From Fusobacteriota bacterium (GTDB taxonomy: Bacteria > Fusobacteriota > Fusobacteriia > Fusobacteriales > JBNJFI01), in contig JBNJFI010000006.1 of NCBI GenBank assembly GCA_051746725.1, positions 1 through 47,215 of the forward strand: a stretch of DNA of 47,215 nucleotides, read 5' to 3'. Made by a program: the position numbers and the translations under genes. This document shows positions 1 through 10,607 of the stretch, piece by piece (position 1 is the first letter of the stretch; each line of letters starts with the position of its first letter). Under the pieces are notes generated by a model. It was not told the origin of the DNA. It did no database searches and saw nothing but the letters and a program-made list of their open reading frames with translations.

Positions 1-89
1 TTAAAGAAGTAAAGGTAGAATACCTAAAGGATAGTAGTGTGAAAGGAAATCCAACAAAAAGCTTTAAATACACTTTGATTTTAAATTAA
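1..89 (+). CDS. 3' end of an upstream gene, probably PilN-like (partial)
   Basis: Open frame from position 3 (KEVKVEYLKDSSVKGNPTKSFKYTLILN) ending TAA at 87-89; identity inferred only from position before a PilO-like gene. Confidence 0.45.
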   Translation, partial: KEVKVEYLKDSSVKGNPTKSFKYTLILN

Positions 90-116
90 AATAATAAATA
101 GAAAGGGGGAATAGAC

Positions 117-725
117 TTGGAATTAGAAGCATTTGGACAAACTCTTGAGATAAATTTAAACCAAAAGAATATAATAGTAATATCTGGAATTTTAGGTTTT
201 GTAATAATGATTTCAATTGCAATTTTTTTTATAATGCCTAAAATTCAGAATATATCTCAAAATAAAGATGAGATTAGAAAGCTAGAAAATGATGTAAGGG
301 TGGCAAAAGCTAAGTATCAAAGTGAAAAGAAAAAAGTAGATAAACTAGTAAGTATATATGAAAAGCAGAAGGAAAATTTAACAATTTTAGAAGAAAAATT
401 TGATAGAGCTAGTTTAAAAGATATTTTAGAATTAAAGATATCAATCCAGAAAATGATAGATAATTTGAAGTTAAATGTTATAAGTGTAGGTGGAACTCAG
501 AGGGAAGAAGTCAAAAAAGAGGGGTATATCAAAGAATATGTTCCTTATGAAGTTGATGCTCGTTTTTATCAGATAGCTCGATTATTTTACTATTTAGAAA
601 ATTCAAAAGATTGGCTACTAACATTTGGAGATACAGGTTTTGTTATGAAAGCAAAAGGTGATGAAGGTGTTTTGAATTTAAAATTTAAAATTGGAGCATA
701 TATAGAGGAGGGAGATAATAGATGA
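117..725 (+). CDS. pilO: PilO-like type IV pilus assembly protein
   Basis: TTG start after AGGGGGA; single N-terminal TM helix, coiled coil, then 'YEVDARFYQIARLFYYLEN' resembling the PilO core; upstream of a secretin. Confidence 0.65.
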   Translation: MELEAFGQTLEINLNQKNIIVISGILGFVIMISIAIFFIMPKIQNISQNKDEIRKLENDVRVAKAKYQSEKKKVDKLVSIYEKQKENLTILEEKFDRASLKDILELKISIQKMIDNLKLNVISVGGTQREEVKKEGYIKEYVPYEVDARFYQIARLFYYLENSKDWLLTFGDTGFVMKAKGDEGVLNLKFKIGAYIEEGDNR

Positions 726-1147
726 AGGTTTTAATAACTATATTTCTTATGAGTTTTACAATGATTTTTGCATCGAATCCTCTAGATGAATATGTTACAG
801 ACGAAGTTTATAATCAAGGTGTACAAAAATTCCATAAAAATCAAAGTATTTTTAAGCCTAAAGTTTATTCTAGAGCAAATGCGGACCAAGAGAGAAAAGC
901 GGCAATAAGTAGAATAAAATCCACATTTACTAAAATTTCCTTTATTAGTAAAAATGCAATGGGGAACTGGATCACTACTTTTTATTATAAAAATAGTGAA
1001 GGTAGATCAACTCGTAAAACTATTGAAGGGGCTCAAAGAGTTGAAATAGGGGAAACAGCTTATTATATAACTCCTTATAGTAGTGGTTTGAAAATTAAGG
1101 AATTAAATACTAATTATGAATATAATCTAGAGAAAGAGGGTAGATAG
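722..1147 (+). CDS. Exported hypothetical protein in the PilP position
   Basis: Signal peptide MKVLITIFLMSFTMIFA; ATGA overlap with pilO; no recognised motif. Confidence 0.55.
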   Translation: MKVLITIFLMSFTMIFASNPLDEYVTDEVYNQGVQKFHKNQSIFKPKVYSRANADQERKAAISRIKSTFTKISFISKNAMGNWITTFYYKNSEGRSTRKTIEGAQRVEIGETAYYITPYSSGLKIKELNTNYEYNLEKEGR

Positions 1148-1150
1148 AAT

Positions 1151-2794
1151 ATGAATAGAAAAATATTTGCAGCAATTATGATAATCTTTACTTTTACAGT
1201 TTTAAATGCAATGACGGCATCAGAATTTCAGGAAAAATTAGAACAAACAAGATATCCAGTAGAATTAGATTTTAAAGGAACTCCTTTATCAGATGCCTTG
1301 AGCAATATATCTAAAACAAGTAATGTGAGTATTGTAGCATCTTCAGAGATAGCAAATTTACCAATTGATATATATCTTCCCAGAGGACAAACTTTGAAAA
1401 AAGTAATTGATACCATTAAGAATACAAATGGATTAGTTTCAAAGATTGTAAATGATACAATGATATTATCAAAAGCACAGACTACAGGAAAGCAGGAAAA
1501 AGAAACAGGAACTGTGTTTGGGAAAGTTACAGAGATAGATAAAGATAGTGGAATTAGAGGTGTTACCTTATCATTAGGTGATGATATCAATACCTTGGTA
1601 TTATCAGATGTAGGAGGAGCATTTATAATAGATAATGTAAAGGAAGGAACTTATATATTAAAAGCAAGTAAAAATGGTTATAATTCTAACTCTCAGATTG
1701 TTCAAGTAAAAGCTGACCAATCTATAAATGTTAAAATGACTTTATTAAAATCTGGGGTAACAGAACCAGGAGAAATAGAAACTAAAAAAGAAGAACTAGG
1801 ACAGGTAAAAAGAGATAACGGTGAAATAAGAGATACAAAATTATTAGAAGTTATATATGGAGATGTAACTGAAATAAAAAAAGTAGTTGAAAATGTAGTA
1901 CCTTTAGATAACATGGTTATAAATGTAAAACAAAATAAGATATTATTAGTGGGAAGTGAAGATAATATTGAAACAGCAACTAAGTTAATTGAAAAATTAG
2001 ATGTACAGTCAAAACAAGTAGAAATTGAAGTAGAAATTTGGGATATTAGTAAAGACCTTTCTTCAAATCTTGGATTGAACTGGAGTGCCAATCCAATTGA
2101 CGGAACTGGTGAAATATCTAAGCAAAATACTGCGGTATCTTTCTCAGGGTCTAGTGGATTAAATCTAGGGTTATCTTATGGAGGTTTTATTAATGGAGCA
2201 AAAGATGAAAAAGCATTAAGTGTGTCATTGGATATGCTAAAAGGAACTAGTGATGCAGAAGTCTTGGCTAAACCAAGAATTGTAACTTTAAATGGAGAAA
2301 AAGCTAATTTTAAAGTGGTTAATGAAGAGATAGTTGGTTATAAAGAAACTTCAGATGAAGATGGTAATTCTGAAAAAGCCCCTTTATTTAAAGAGGCAGG
2401 AGTTACTTTAACAGTTACTCCTACAATAAAAAGTAATGAGACAATTTTAATAGAGCTTAACTCAAAGGTAAGTAAATTTGTTGGAGATTCATCATTTGGA
2501 GACGCAGCAGAAAAGAAAAGTGAAGCAACTACTAAAATACGTGTCAAAAATAATGAGACTATAGTTATTGGAGGCTTAACTCGAAAGGATAAAACCAAAG
2601 GAGTGTCTAAGATTCCTTTATTAGGGGATATTCCTTTATTTGGAGCATTATTTAGAAGGCAATCCACTTCTAATACAGAGCGAGAAATATATATAAAGAT
2701 TACTCCTAAAATTTTAGGAGAGGTAATTCCTAAAAATATAAATGAATCCTTAGTAGATAATGAAAATGAAGAAAGTTCTGAAAATACAGAATAA
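1151..2794 (+). CDS. pilQ: Secretin (PilQ/GspD family) with inserted carboxypeptidase-regulatory-like domain
   Basis: Signal peptide; N0/STN-like 'LDFKGTPLSDAL'; secretin motifs 'KLDVQSKQVEIEVEI', 'AKPRIVTLNGEKA', 'GVTLTVTPTI', 'KIPLLGDIPLFGALFR'. Confidence 0.85.
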   Translation: MNRKIFAAIMIIFTFTVLNAMTASEFQEKLEQTRYPVELDFKGTPLSDALSNISKTSNVSIVASSEIANLPIDIYLPRGQTLKKVIDTIKNTNGLVSKIVNDTMILSKAQTTGKQEKETGTVFGKVTEIDKDSGIRGVTLSLGDDINTLVLSDVGGAFIIDNVKEGTYILKASKNGYNSNSQIVQVKADQSINVKMTLLKSGVTEPGEIETKKEELGQVKRDNGEIRDTKLLEVIYGDVTEIKKVVENVVPLDNMVINVKQNKILLVGSEDNIETATKLIEKLDVQSKQVEIEVEIWDISKDLSSNLGLNWSANPIDGTGEISKQNTAVSFSGSSGLNLGLSYGGFINGAKDEKALSVSLDMLKGTSDAEVLAKPRIVTLNGEKANFKVVNEEIVGYKETSDEDGNSEKAPLFKEAGVTLTVTPTIKSNETILIELNSKVSKFVGDSSFGDAAEKKSEATTKIRVKNNETIVIGGLTRKDKTKGVSKIPLLGDIPLFGALFRRQSTSNTEREIYIKITPKILGEVIPKNINESLVDNENEESSENTE

Positions 2795-2813
2795 AAATAG
2801 AAATAAAACATCA

Positions 2814-2844
2814 AAAAAGCGCCTTGTAAATTAAGGTGCTTTTT
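2814..2844 (+). terminator. Intrinsic terminator after the secretin operon
   Basis: AAAAAGCGCCTT-loop-AAGGTGCTTTTT. Confidence 0.7.
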
Positions 2845-2868
2845 CGAGTATATAATATAGGAGGAAAA

Positions 2869-3849
2869 ATGGTAGAAAAAACTAGATTAAAGAAAATATT
2901 AGATCAATTTTCTGATAAGAAAATAGCAGTGGTGGGAGATATGATGTTAGACGAATATATAATTGGAGAGGTAAGCAGAATATCTCCAGAAGCTCCTGTC
3001 CAAGTAGTTAATATAAAGAGTGAATCTTTTGTTTTGGGTGGAGCAGCAAATGTAGTAAATAATTTAAGTTCTTTAGGAGCTAAAGTGTTTAGTTATTCTG
3101 TAGTAGGAGATGATGAAAAAGGAAAAAAATTACAAAGATATCTAACAAAAAAGGGAGCTTCAATAGAGGGAATTTTTGAAGATCAGGATAGGCCAACTAT
3201 AGTAAAAAAAAGAATAATAGCTAGAAATCAACAACTTTTAAGACTTGATTGGGAAGATAAAAAAGAAATTGTATTAACACTGGAAGATCAAATAATAAAT
3301 AGCTTAAGAGAAAACTTGGAAAATTTAGATGCCATTATATTATCTGATTATGATAAAGGAGTTTTAACAAAAGGTTTAGTATCCAAAGTAATAAAAATGG
3401 CAAAAGAATCTGGTACTATTGTTGTAGTAGATCCAAAACCTAGGAATCGAAATAATTATATAGGAGCAACTTCTATGACTCCTAATCATATAGAAGCAAT
3501 GGAATGTGCAAAAAAGGACAGAATAGAATCTGAAGATGAGTTTGTAGAGATGGGAAAACAGCTCAAAAAAGATCTTGAATTAGATAATATATTAATTACA
3601 AGGGGAGAAAAAGGAATGTCTTTATTTGAAGATAATGAAATTGAATATATTGAAACAGTTGCAAAAGAGGTTTATGATGTTACCGGAGCCGGAGATACAG
3701 TTATTTCTGTATATACTTTAGCCTCTGTTTGCGATGCTTCATTATATGAAGCGGCTAAAATTGCCAATACAGCTGCTGGTATAGTTGTTGGTAGAATGGG
3801 TACCTCGGTTGTAACTAAATCAGAAATATTAAAATTCTATGAAGATTAA
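2869..3849 (+). CDS. rfaE1: D-glycero-beta-D-manno-heptose-7-phosphate kinase (stand-alone HldE kinase domain)
   Basis: 'VVGDMMLDEY', 'RISPEAPV', 'LGGAANV', 'VYDVTGAGDTV'; ATG 2869 after AGGAGG. Confidence 0.92.
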   Translation: MVEKTRLKKILDQFSDKKIAVVGDMMLDEYIIGEVSRISPEAPVQVVNIKSESFVLGGAANVVNNLSSLGAKVFSYSVVGDDEKGKKLQRYLTKKGASIEGIFEDQDRPTIVKKRIIARNQQLLRLDWEDKKEIVLTLEDQIINSLRENLENLDAIILSDYDKGVLTKGLVSKVIKMAKESGTIVVVDPKPRNRNNYIGATSMTPNHIEAMECAKKDRIESEDEFVEMGKQLKKDLELDNILITRGEKGMSLFEDNEIEYIETVAKEVYDVTGAGDTVISVYTLASVCDASLYEAAKIANTAAGIVVGRMGTSVVTKSEILKFYED

Positions 3850-3852
3850 AAG

Positions 3853-3916
3853 TTTTCAACATTTTTTGTTCAAAACTTAGTGGATAACCTTTAAAAATCT
3901 AAAATAATGTGGAAAA
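3853..3916. promoter_or_regulatory. Cluster of four DnaA-box-like 9-mers
   Basis: TTTTCAACA 3853-61, TGTTCAAAA 3867-75, AGTGGATAA 3879-87, TGTGGAAAA 3908-16; 0-1 mismatch to TTWTNCACA or its complement. Confidence 0.55.
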
Positions 3917-3945
3917 CTATTGAACTGGAAGCCAGAGGAGAGAAA

Positions 3946-4428
3946 ATGTATAGGATAGGGAATGGTTATGATGTACATAAAATAACAAATGATCGAGATT
4001 TAATTTTAGGTGGAGTAAAAATAGATTGGGATAGAGGATTATTAGGTCATTCAGATGCCGATGTATTATTACACGCTATTATGGATGCTTTATTAGGAGC
4101 TTTGAGTTTGGGAGATATAGGTAAACATTTTCCAGATACCCAAAAAGACTATAAAGGGATATCTAGCATGAAATTATTGGAAAAAGTTTATAAATTAATA
4201 CAAAAAAAGGGTTTTTCTATAGTTAATATCGATTCAATAATAGTAATGGAAAAACCTAAATTAAAAAAATATATAGAAAAAATGAAAGTAAATATAGCAA
4301 AGGTATTGCAAATTAAATTAGAAAATGTTAGTATTAAAGCAACAACAGAAGAAGGACTTGGGTTTACAGGAAACAAAAAAGGTGCAAAATCATACGCAGT
4401 GGTTCTTCTAAAGGAGGAAATTAATTAA
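3946..4428 (+). CDS. ispF: 2-C-methyl-D-erythritol 2,4-cyclodiphosphate synthase
   Basis: 'RIGNGYDVH', '[19 protein letters not shown]', 'DIGKHFPDT', '[12 protein letters not shown]'; ATG 3946 after AGAGGAG. Confidence 0.96.
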   Translation: MYRIGNGYDVHKITNDRDLILGGVKIDWDRGLLGHSDADVLLHAIMDALLGALSLGDIGKHFPDTQKDYKGISSMKLLEKVYKLIQKKGFSIVNIDSIIVMEKPKLKKYIEKMKVNIAKVLQIKLENVSIKATTEEGLGFTGNKKGAKSYAVVLLKEEIN

Positions 4429-6341
4429 TGGCTGTATTACAGTTTAATAATATATATAAATCATATGGCGGAGATTATCTTTTAGAGGATCTAAATTTTT
4501 CCATAGATAAAGGTGATAAAGTCGGCTTGGTAGGATTAAATGGATGTGGAAAAACCACGTTATTAAAACTAATAATTGGTGAAGAAAATGATGATATTTC
4601 CCCTGCCAGTAATAAAAAAGGAAATATTATAACTAAAAAAAATATGGAAATAGCTTATCTATCTCAACATGTAAAATTTAGTGGGGCTGAAACTATCTTC
4701 GAAGAGGTAATGGAGAATTTTAAACATTTAGAACAAGATAGACTGAGAATAAAGAAATTAAATTCTCAAATAAGCAAAGCCAGTGGAAAAGAATTAGAAA
4801 AAAAAATGAAAGAGATGTCAGAATTAACACATAGATATGAATTTGAAGAGGGTTATGAAATAGAGTACAAAGTCAAGCAAGTTTTGAATGGTGTTGGTTA
4901 TAAAAAGGATCAATATGATTTAAAAGTTAAAAATTTAAGTGGTGGTCAAAAAAGTAGACTGGCGTTAGCCAAAATATTACTTAAAGATCCAGATCTTCTT
5001 ATATTGGATGAGCCTACAAATCATTTAGATATTAACGGAATAGAATGGCTAGAATCTTTTTTGAACTCATATAAATCTGCTTGCTTAATAGTCTCTCATG
5101 ATAAATATTTTTTGAATAAAGTTGTTAATAAAGTTTATGAGATTGAAAATAAGACGCTAATAGAATATAAAGGGAATTTTGATAAATTTATTAAAGAAAA
5201 GGAGCATAGAAAAAAAGCTCAACTAAAGGCCTATGAAAAACAACAAGAAAAAATTCAAAGAGAAGAAGAATTTATAAGAAAAAATAGAGCTGGAATAAAA
5301 TCTAAACAGGCTAGTGGAAGAGAAAAGAAATTAGAACGAATGGAAAAAGTTGAAGAACCTATATTTAATATAGATAAAATGAAACTGGATTTTAAAGTAA
5401 GGAATAATCCTTCCAATAAAATATTGGAAGTTAAAAATTTAAAAAAAAGTTTTGGAGAGACCAAATTATTTGAAGATATTTCATTTGAAATTTTTCGAGG
5501 AGATAAAGTTGGAATTATAGGAAAAAATGGTGTTGGGAAGTCTACCTTACTTAGAATAATAAGTAAAAAAATAGACTATAAAAAAGGATACATAAAGTTT
5601 GGTGGGAAATTATCAGTAGGAATTTATGATCAAAACCATGAAAATCTAAATATGAGAAATACAATTTATGATGAATTACGAAATACAAAGCCAATGTCAG
5701 AAGAAAAAACTAGAGAAGTAGCTGCAAAATTTTTGTTTAAAGATGAAGATATATTAAAAAAGATTTCTAGTTTGAGTGGAGGAGAAAAAGCAAGGTTAGC
5801 TTTTTTGAAGCTAACTCTACAAAAGCCTAATTTTTTAATCTTAGATGAACCTACCAACCATTTAGATATATATTCTAGACAAATATTAGAAAACAGTCTA
5901 AAAGAATATGATGGAACTTTGATTACCGTTTCCCATGATCGACATTTTTTAGAATCTGTAGTTAATAGGATATATATAATGAAGAAAAAAACGATGAAAA
6001 AATTTAGTGGTAATTACAATGATTATAAAAAACAAACTAATAATAAAAACGAAAATACTGGAAAAAAATCTTCAAGCTATGAAGAGCAAAAAAGGCAGAG
6101 AAATAAAATAAATAAATTAGAAAAATTAATAGAAGACAATGAAAAAAAAGTTGAAAAATTAGAAAATATCAAATCTCAAAAAGAAAAAGATTATGAAAAG
6201 GCAGGAAAAGAAAACTCATATGATAAATTAATAGAGATTAAAGAAGAATTGGAAAAAATAGAAATAAAAATTTTGGATAATATGGAAAATTGGGAAAAAA
6301 ATTCAAAGGCCTTGGAAGAGTTAAAGAAAAAATTTGACTAA
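4428..6341 (+). CDS. ABC-F family ribosome-associated ATPase
   Basis: Two NBDs (GLNGCGKT and GKNGVGKS; LSGG; LDEPTNHLD twice), no TM segments, C-terminal coiled coil. Confidence 0.92.
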   Translation: MAVLQFNNIYKSYGGDYLLEDLNFSIDKGDKVGLVGLNGCGKTTLLKLIIGEENDDISPASNKKGNIITKKNMEIAYLSQHVKFSGAETIFEEVMENFKHLEQDRLRIKKLNSQISKASGKELEKKMKEMSELTHRYEFEEGYEIEYKVKQVLNGVGYKKDQYDLKVKNLSGGQKSRLALAKILLKDPDLLILDEPTNHLDINGIEWLESFLNSYKSACLIVSHDKYFLNKVVNKVYEIENKTLIEYKGNFDKFIKEKEHRKKAQLKAYEKQQEKIQREEEFIRKNRAGIKSKQASGREKKLERMEKVEEPIFNIDKMKLDFKVRNNPSNKILEVKNLKKSFGETKLFEDISFEIFRGDKVGIIGKNGVGKSTLLRIISKKIDYKKGYIKFGGKLSVGIYDQNHENLNMRNTIYDELRNTKPMSEEKTREVAAKFLFKDEDILKKISSLSGGEKARLAFLKLTLQKPNFLILDEPTNHLDIYSRQILENSLKEYDGTLITVSHDRHFLESVVNRIYIMKKKTMKKFSGNYNDYKKQTNNKNENTGKKSSSYEEQKRQRNKINKLEKLIEDNEKKVEKLENIKSQKEKDYEKAGKENSYDKLIEIKEELEKIEIKILDNMENWEKNSKALEELKKKFD

Positions 6342-6366
6342 GGAAATAATAAGGAGATGAATTAAA

Positions 6367-7452
6367 ATGGATAGAAAATTAAAATTATTATTAAAATTAT
6401 CTGTTAATTTATCACAAGAAAAGGATCTATCTGAAATATTAAAAAAATTAAATGAGATAACTAAAGATTTATTAGAAGCAGATAGATGCAGTATCTTTCT
6501 TCATGATAAGAAAACCAATGAATTATGGACAATAGTGGCCCACGGGGTAAAAGAAATAAGAATAAAAGATGATAAAGGGATTGCAGGATTAGTTTTTAAA
6601 GAGCAAAAAAGGATAGAGATAGAAGATGCATACGAAGATCCTAGATTTAATAAAGAAGTTGATAAAAGAACAGGGTATAGGACTAAAAGTATTCTAGCAA
6701 CTCCAATGATCGATAAAAAAGGTAAAACCATAGGTGTTTTTCAGGTTATCAATAAATTAGGGGCTCCAAAGTTCACACCTGAAGATGTAGAGCTTTTAAA
6801 TCATATGGATATGTATGCATCTTCGGTAATAGAAAACGCCTTATTATATCAAGAATTAAAAGAGGCTCATCAAGATGTAATTTATCGGCTCGCAAATGCA
6901 ACTGAGTATAAAGATCCTGAGACTAAAAATCATATTATTAGAGTTGGATTATATAGTTATGAAATTGCAAAAAAGTTAGGATTACCAAAAAGGAGATGCG
7001 AATTATTAAAGCTAGCAACTCAGATGCATGACATAGGGAAAGTAGGAATACCTGATCGAGTATTAAAAAAACCAGATAAATTAAATGATGTAGAATGGGA
7101 AATAATGAAAAAACATACAGTTTATGGGTATTCTATTTTAAAAGGATCAGAAAGTGAAGTTCTAAAAATAGCTGCCAATACAGCCCAAGATCATCATGAA
7201 AAGTGGAATGGAAAAGGATATCCAGAAGGAAAAAAAGGAAAGGAAATAACATTAGAGGGAAGGATTACAGCAATAGTAGATGTTTTTGATGCTTTGATGT
7301 CAAAACGACCTTATAAGGACCCTTGGCCATTAGAGAAAACTCTAGATATAATCAAAGAGGAGTCCGGCGAACATTTTGACCCTGGAATCGTTGAAATTTT
7401 CTTTGAAATTTTAGATAAAATCATGGAAATTAAAGACAAGTATGAGGGATAA
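6367..7452 (+). CDS. GAF + HD-GYP cyclic-dinucleotide phosphodiesterase
   Basis: GAF 'DAYEDPRFNKEVDKRTGYRTKSIL'; 'HDIGK', 'HHEKWNGKGYP', 'DVFDALMSKRPYK'. Confidence 0.9.
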   Translation: MDRKLKLLLKLSVNLSQEKDLSEILKKLNEITKDLLEADRCSIFLHDKKTNELWTIVAHGVKEIRIKDDKGIAGLVFKEQKRIEIEDAYEDPRFNKEVDKRTGYRTKSILATPMIDKKGKTIGVFQVINKLGAPKFTPEDVELLNHMDMYASSVIENALLYQELKEAHQDVIYRLANATEYKDPETKNHIIRVGLYSYEIAKKLGLPKRRCELLKLATQMHDIGKVGIPDRVLKKPDKLNDVEWEIMKKHTVYGYSILKGSESEVLKIAANTAQDHHEKWNGKGYPEGKKGKEITLEGRITAIVDVFDALMSKRPYKDPWPLEKTLDIIKEESGEHFDPGIVEIFFEILDKIMEIKDKYEG

Positions 7453-7494
7453 AAAAAATTATATAAAAATATTTATGTAAAAAGAGATAATTTC

Positions 7495-7523
7495 TTGACA
7501 TTCATGGATATTTTTGTTATTAT
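7495..7523 (+). promoter_or_regulatory. sigma70-type promoter of the str operon
   Basis: TTGACA-17 bp-TATTAT with extended TG. Confidence 0.85.
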
Positions 7524-7565
7524 ACATAGGCTAATAAAAAGAAAAATATCGAAAGGAGGCTTAAG

Positions 7566-7934
7566 ATGCCTACAATAAATCAGTTAGTAAGAAAAGGAAG
7601 AAAATCAGAGAAAAAGAAAACTGGGTCACCGGCATTAGGTGGAAATCCACAAAAACGTGGAGTATGTGTGAGAGTTTATACAGCAACGCCTAAAAAACCA
7701 AACTCAGCCTTGAGAAAAGTTGCAAGGGTAAAAATGACTAATGGTAAAGAAGTTACAGCTTATATCCCAGGAGAGGGACATAATTTGCAAGAACACTCTA
7801 TTGTATTGTTAAGAGGTGGAGGAGTAAAAGATTTGCCAGGAGTAAGATATAGAGTAGTTAGAGGAACACTAGATACAGCAGGTGTTGCTGAAAGAAAACA
7901 ATCTAGATCAAAATATGGAACTAAAAAAAGTTAA
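7566..7934 (+). CDS. rpsL: 30S ribosomal protein S12
   Basis: '[11 protein letters not shown]', 'GHNLQEHS', 'KDLPGVRY'. Confidence 0.99.
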   Translation: MPTINQLVRKGRKSEKKKTGSPALGGNPQKRGVCVRVYTATPKKPNSALRKVARVKMTNGKEVTAYIPGEGHNLQEHSIVLLRGGGVKDLPGVRYRVVRGTLDTAGVAERKQSRSKYGTKKS

Positions 7935-7951
7935 TAAGATAAAATAAGTAG

Positions 7952-8434
<483 letters not shown>

Positions 8435-8458
8435 AAAAAATTAGGAGGTAGAAACTAG

Positions 8459-10549
8459 ATGGGAAGAAAAGTTTCTCTAGATAAGACTAGAAATATTGGA
8501 ATAATGGCCCATATAGATGCGGGGAAAACAACAACAACAGAAAGAATATTATATTATACAGGTGTAACTCATAAAATTGGTGAAGTTCATGACGGTGGAG
8601 CTGAAATGGATTGGATGGAACAAGAACAAGAAAGAGGAATTACAATAACATCTGCTGCAACTACATGTTTTTGGAAAGGTAATAGAGTAAATATTATAGA
8701 CACACCAGGGCATGTGGACTTTACAGTTGAAGTGGAAAGATCATTGAGAGTTTTAGATGGATCTGTAGCTGTTTTTTGTGGTGTAGGGGGAGTTCAACCT
8801 CAATCAGAAACAGTATGGAGACAATCTGACAGATATGAAGTTCCTAAAATTGCATTTGTTAATAAAATGGATAGAGTTGGAGCTGATTACTTAGGTACAA
8901 TAGAAGAGGTTAGAGAAAAGCTTGGCGGAAATGCAGTTGCTATGCAATTACCTATCGGTGCAGAAGACAACTTTGAAGGAGTTGTAGATCTTATAACTAT
9001 GACAGGGATAACATATGCAAGTGATAAAATGGGTGCTGAATGGGAAGAAGGTGAAATCCCAGCAGATTTACAAGAAAAAGCTAAAAAGTACAGAGAAAAA
9101 TTAGTAGAAAAAGTTGCTGAATTAGATGATGAATTAATGATGCAATATTTAGAAGGTGAAGAAATTTCTGAGGAAGATCTAAAAAATTCGATACGAAAAT
9201 CTACTATAAATAATGAGTTAGTTCCAATGTTATGCGGAACAGCTTTTAAAAATAAAGGGGTTCAACCATTATTGGATGCAGTACTTGATTACTTACCATC
9301 TCCTTTAGATGTCGGAGCTGTAAAAGGAATTAAACCTGGAACAGATGAGGAGCCAGCTAGTAGAGAACCTTCAGATGAAGAAGATTTTTCTGCTTTAGCA
9401 TTTAAAATAATGACAGATCCTTATGTAGGGAAGTTAGCATTTTTCAGAGCTTACTCTGGGATTCTAGAAAAAGGAAGTTACGTATATAACTCTACAAGTG
9501 AAACAAAAGAAAGAGTTGGACGGATACTTCAAATGCATGCTAATAAAAGAGAAGAGCTTGACTCTGTGTATGCAGGAGATATAGCAGCAGCAGTTGGATT
9601 AAAAAATACAACAACTGGAGACACGTTGTGTTCAGAAGAAAATCCTATTATATTAGAAAAGATGGAATTTCCAGAACCCGTTATAAGTGTTGCTGTAGAA
9701 CCAGAAACTAAAAAAGATCAAGAGAAAATGGGAATAGCATTACAAAAGTTAGCTGAAGAAGATCCAACTTTTGTTGTTAAAAGTGACGAAGAAACAGGGC
9801 AGGTAATAATCTCTGGAATGGGTGAATTACACTTAAATATATTGGTAGATAGAATGCAAAGAGAATTTAAAGTAAAAGCAAATGTAGGGAAACCTCAGGT
9901 TTCATATAGAGAAACAATAACTAAAACTGCAGATGTAGAAGAAAAATATGTAAAACAAACAGGTGGAAGAGGTCAATATGGACATGTTGTTATGACTGTA
10001 GAACCGCTGCCAGAAGATTCAGAAGAAGAAATTTTTGAATTTGTGGATAATATTAAAGGTGGAGTAATTCCAAGAGAATATATTTCATCGGTAGAAAAAG
10101 GTGCAGAGGAAGCCTTAGAAGGCGGATTTTTAGCTGGTTATCCAATGCAAAAAGTTAAAGTTACTTTATATGATGGTTCTTCGCATGATGTTGATTCATC
10201 TGAAATGGCATATAAAATAGCAGCTTCTAAAGCTATGAAAAAGGCCGCTAAAAAATGTAATGCAGTTTTATTAGAACCTGTATTTGATGTAGAAGTTACT
10301 ACTCCAGAAGAATATATGGGAGATGTAATAGGAGATCTTAGTGGTAGAAGAGGAAAAGTTGGAGCAATGAAAGAAAAGAAAAACTTCAAACTTATAAATG
10401 CAAAAGTTCCTTTATCAGAAATGTTTGGTTATGCAACAGACTTAAGATCTAAGACTCAAGGTAGAGCAACTTATTCAATGGAATTTGATTCTTATGAAAG
10501 AGTGCCAGAAGCAATAGAAAAAGAAATAATAGAAAGCAGATTAAAATAA
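8459..10549 (+). CDS. fusA: Elongation factor G
   Basis: 'AHIDAGKTT', 'RGITI', 'DTPGH', 'GMGELHL'. Confidence 0.99.
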   Translation: MGRKVSLDKTRNIGIMAHIDAGKTTTTERILYYTGVTHKIGEVHDGGAEMDWMEQEQERGITITSAATTCFWKGNRVNIIDTPGHVDFTVEVERSLRVLDGSVAVFCGVGGVQPQSETVWRQSDRYEVPKIAFVNKMDRVGADYLGTIEEVREKLGGNAVAMQLPIGAEDNFEGVVDLITMTGITYASDKMGAEWEEGEIPADLQEKAKKYREKLVEKVAELDDELMMQYLEGEEISEEDLKNSIRKSTINNELVPMLCGTAFKNKGVQPLLDAVLDYLPSPLDVGAVKGIKPGTDEEPASREPSDEEDFSALAFKIMTDPYVGKLAFFRAYSGILEKGSYVYNSTSETKERVGRILQMHANKREELDSVYAGDIAAAVGLKNTTTGDTLCSEENPIILEKMEFPEPVISVAVEPETKKDQEKMGIALQKLAEEDPTFVVKSDEETGQVIISGMGELHLNILVDRMQREFKVKANVGKPQVSYRETITKTADVEEKYVKQTGGRGQYGHVVMTVEPLPEDSEEEIFEFVDNIKGGVIPREYISSVEKGAEEALEGGFLAGYPMQKVKVTLYDGSSHDVDSSEMAYKIAASKAMKKAAKKCNAVLLEPVFDVEVTTPEEYMGDVIGDLSGRRGKVGAMKEKKNFKLINAKVPLSEMFGYATDLRSKTQGRATYSMEFDSYERVPEAIEKEIIESRLK

Positions 10550-10607
10550 TAGATTAAAATAAATAAAAAAATAAAGAAAAACAAACAAAAACAGGAGGGA
10601 TTTTAAA

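Noticed and set aside
2824..2856. TTGTAA...TATAAT promoter for rfaE1
   Set aside because: 21-bp spacing, and the -10 lies so close to the RBS that the transcript would lose it; not supportable
4428..6341. ABC-F as an antibiotic-resistance (ARE) gene
   Set aside because: Housekeeping context, no leader peptide or mobile element; subfamily cannot be assigned by eye
10550..10607. A-rich run before tuf as a repeat or small RNA
   Set aside because: Low-complexity unstructured spacer, consistent with an ordinary translation enhancer
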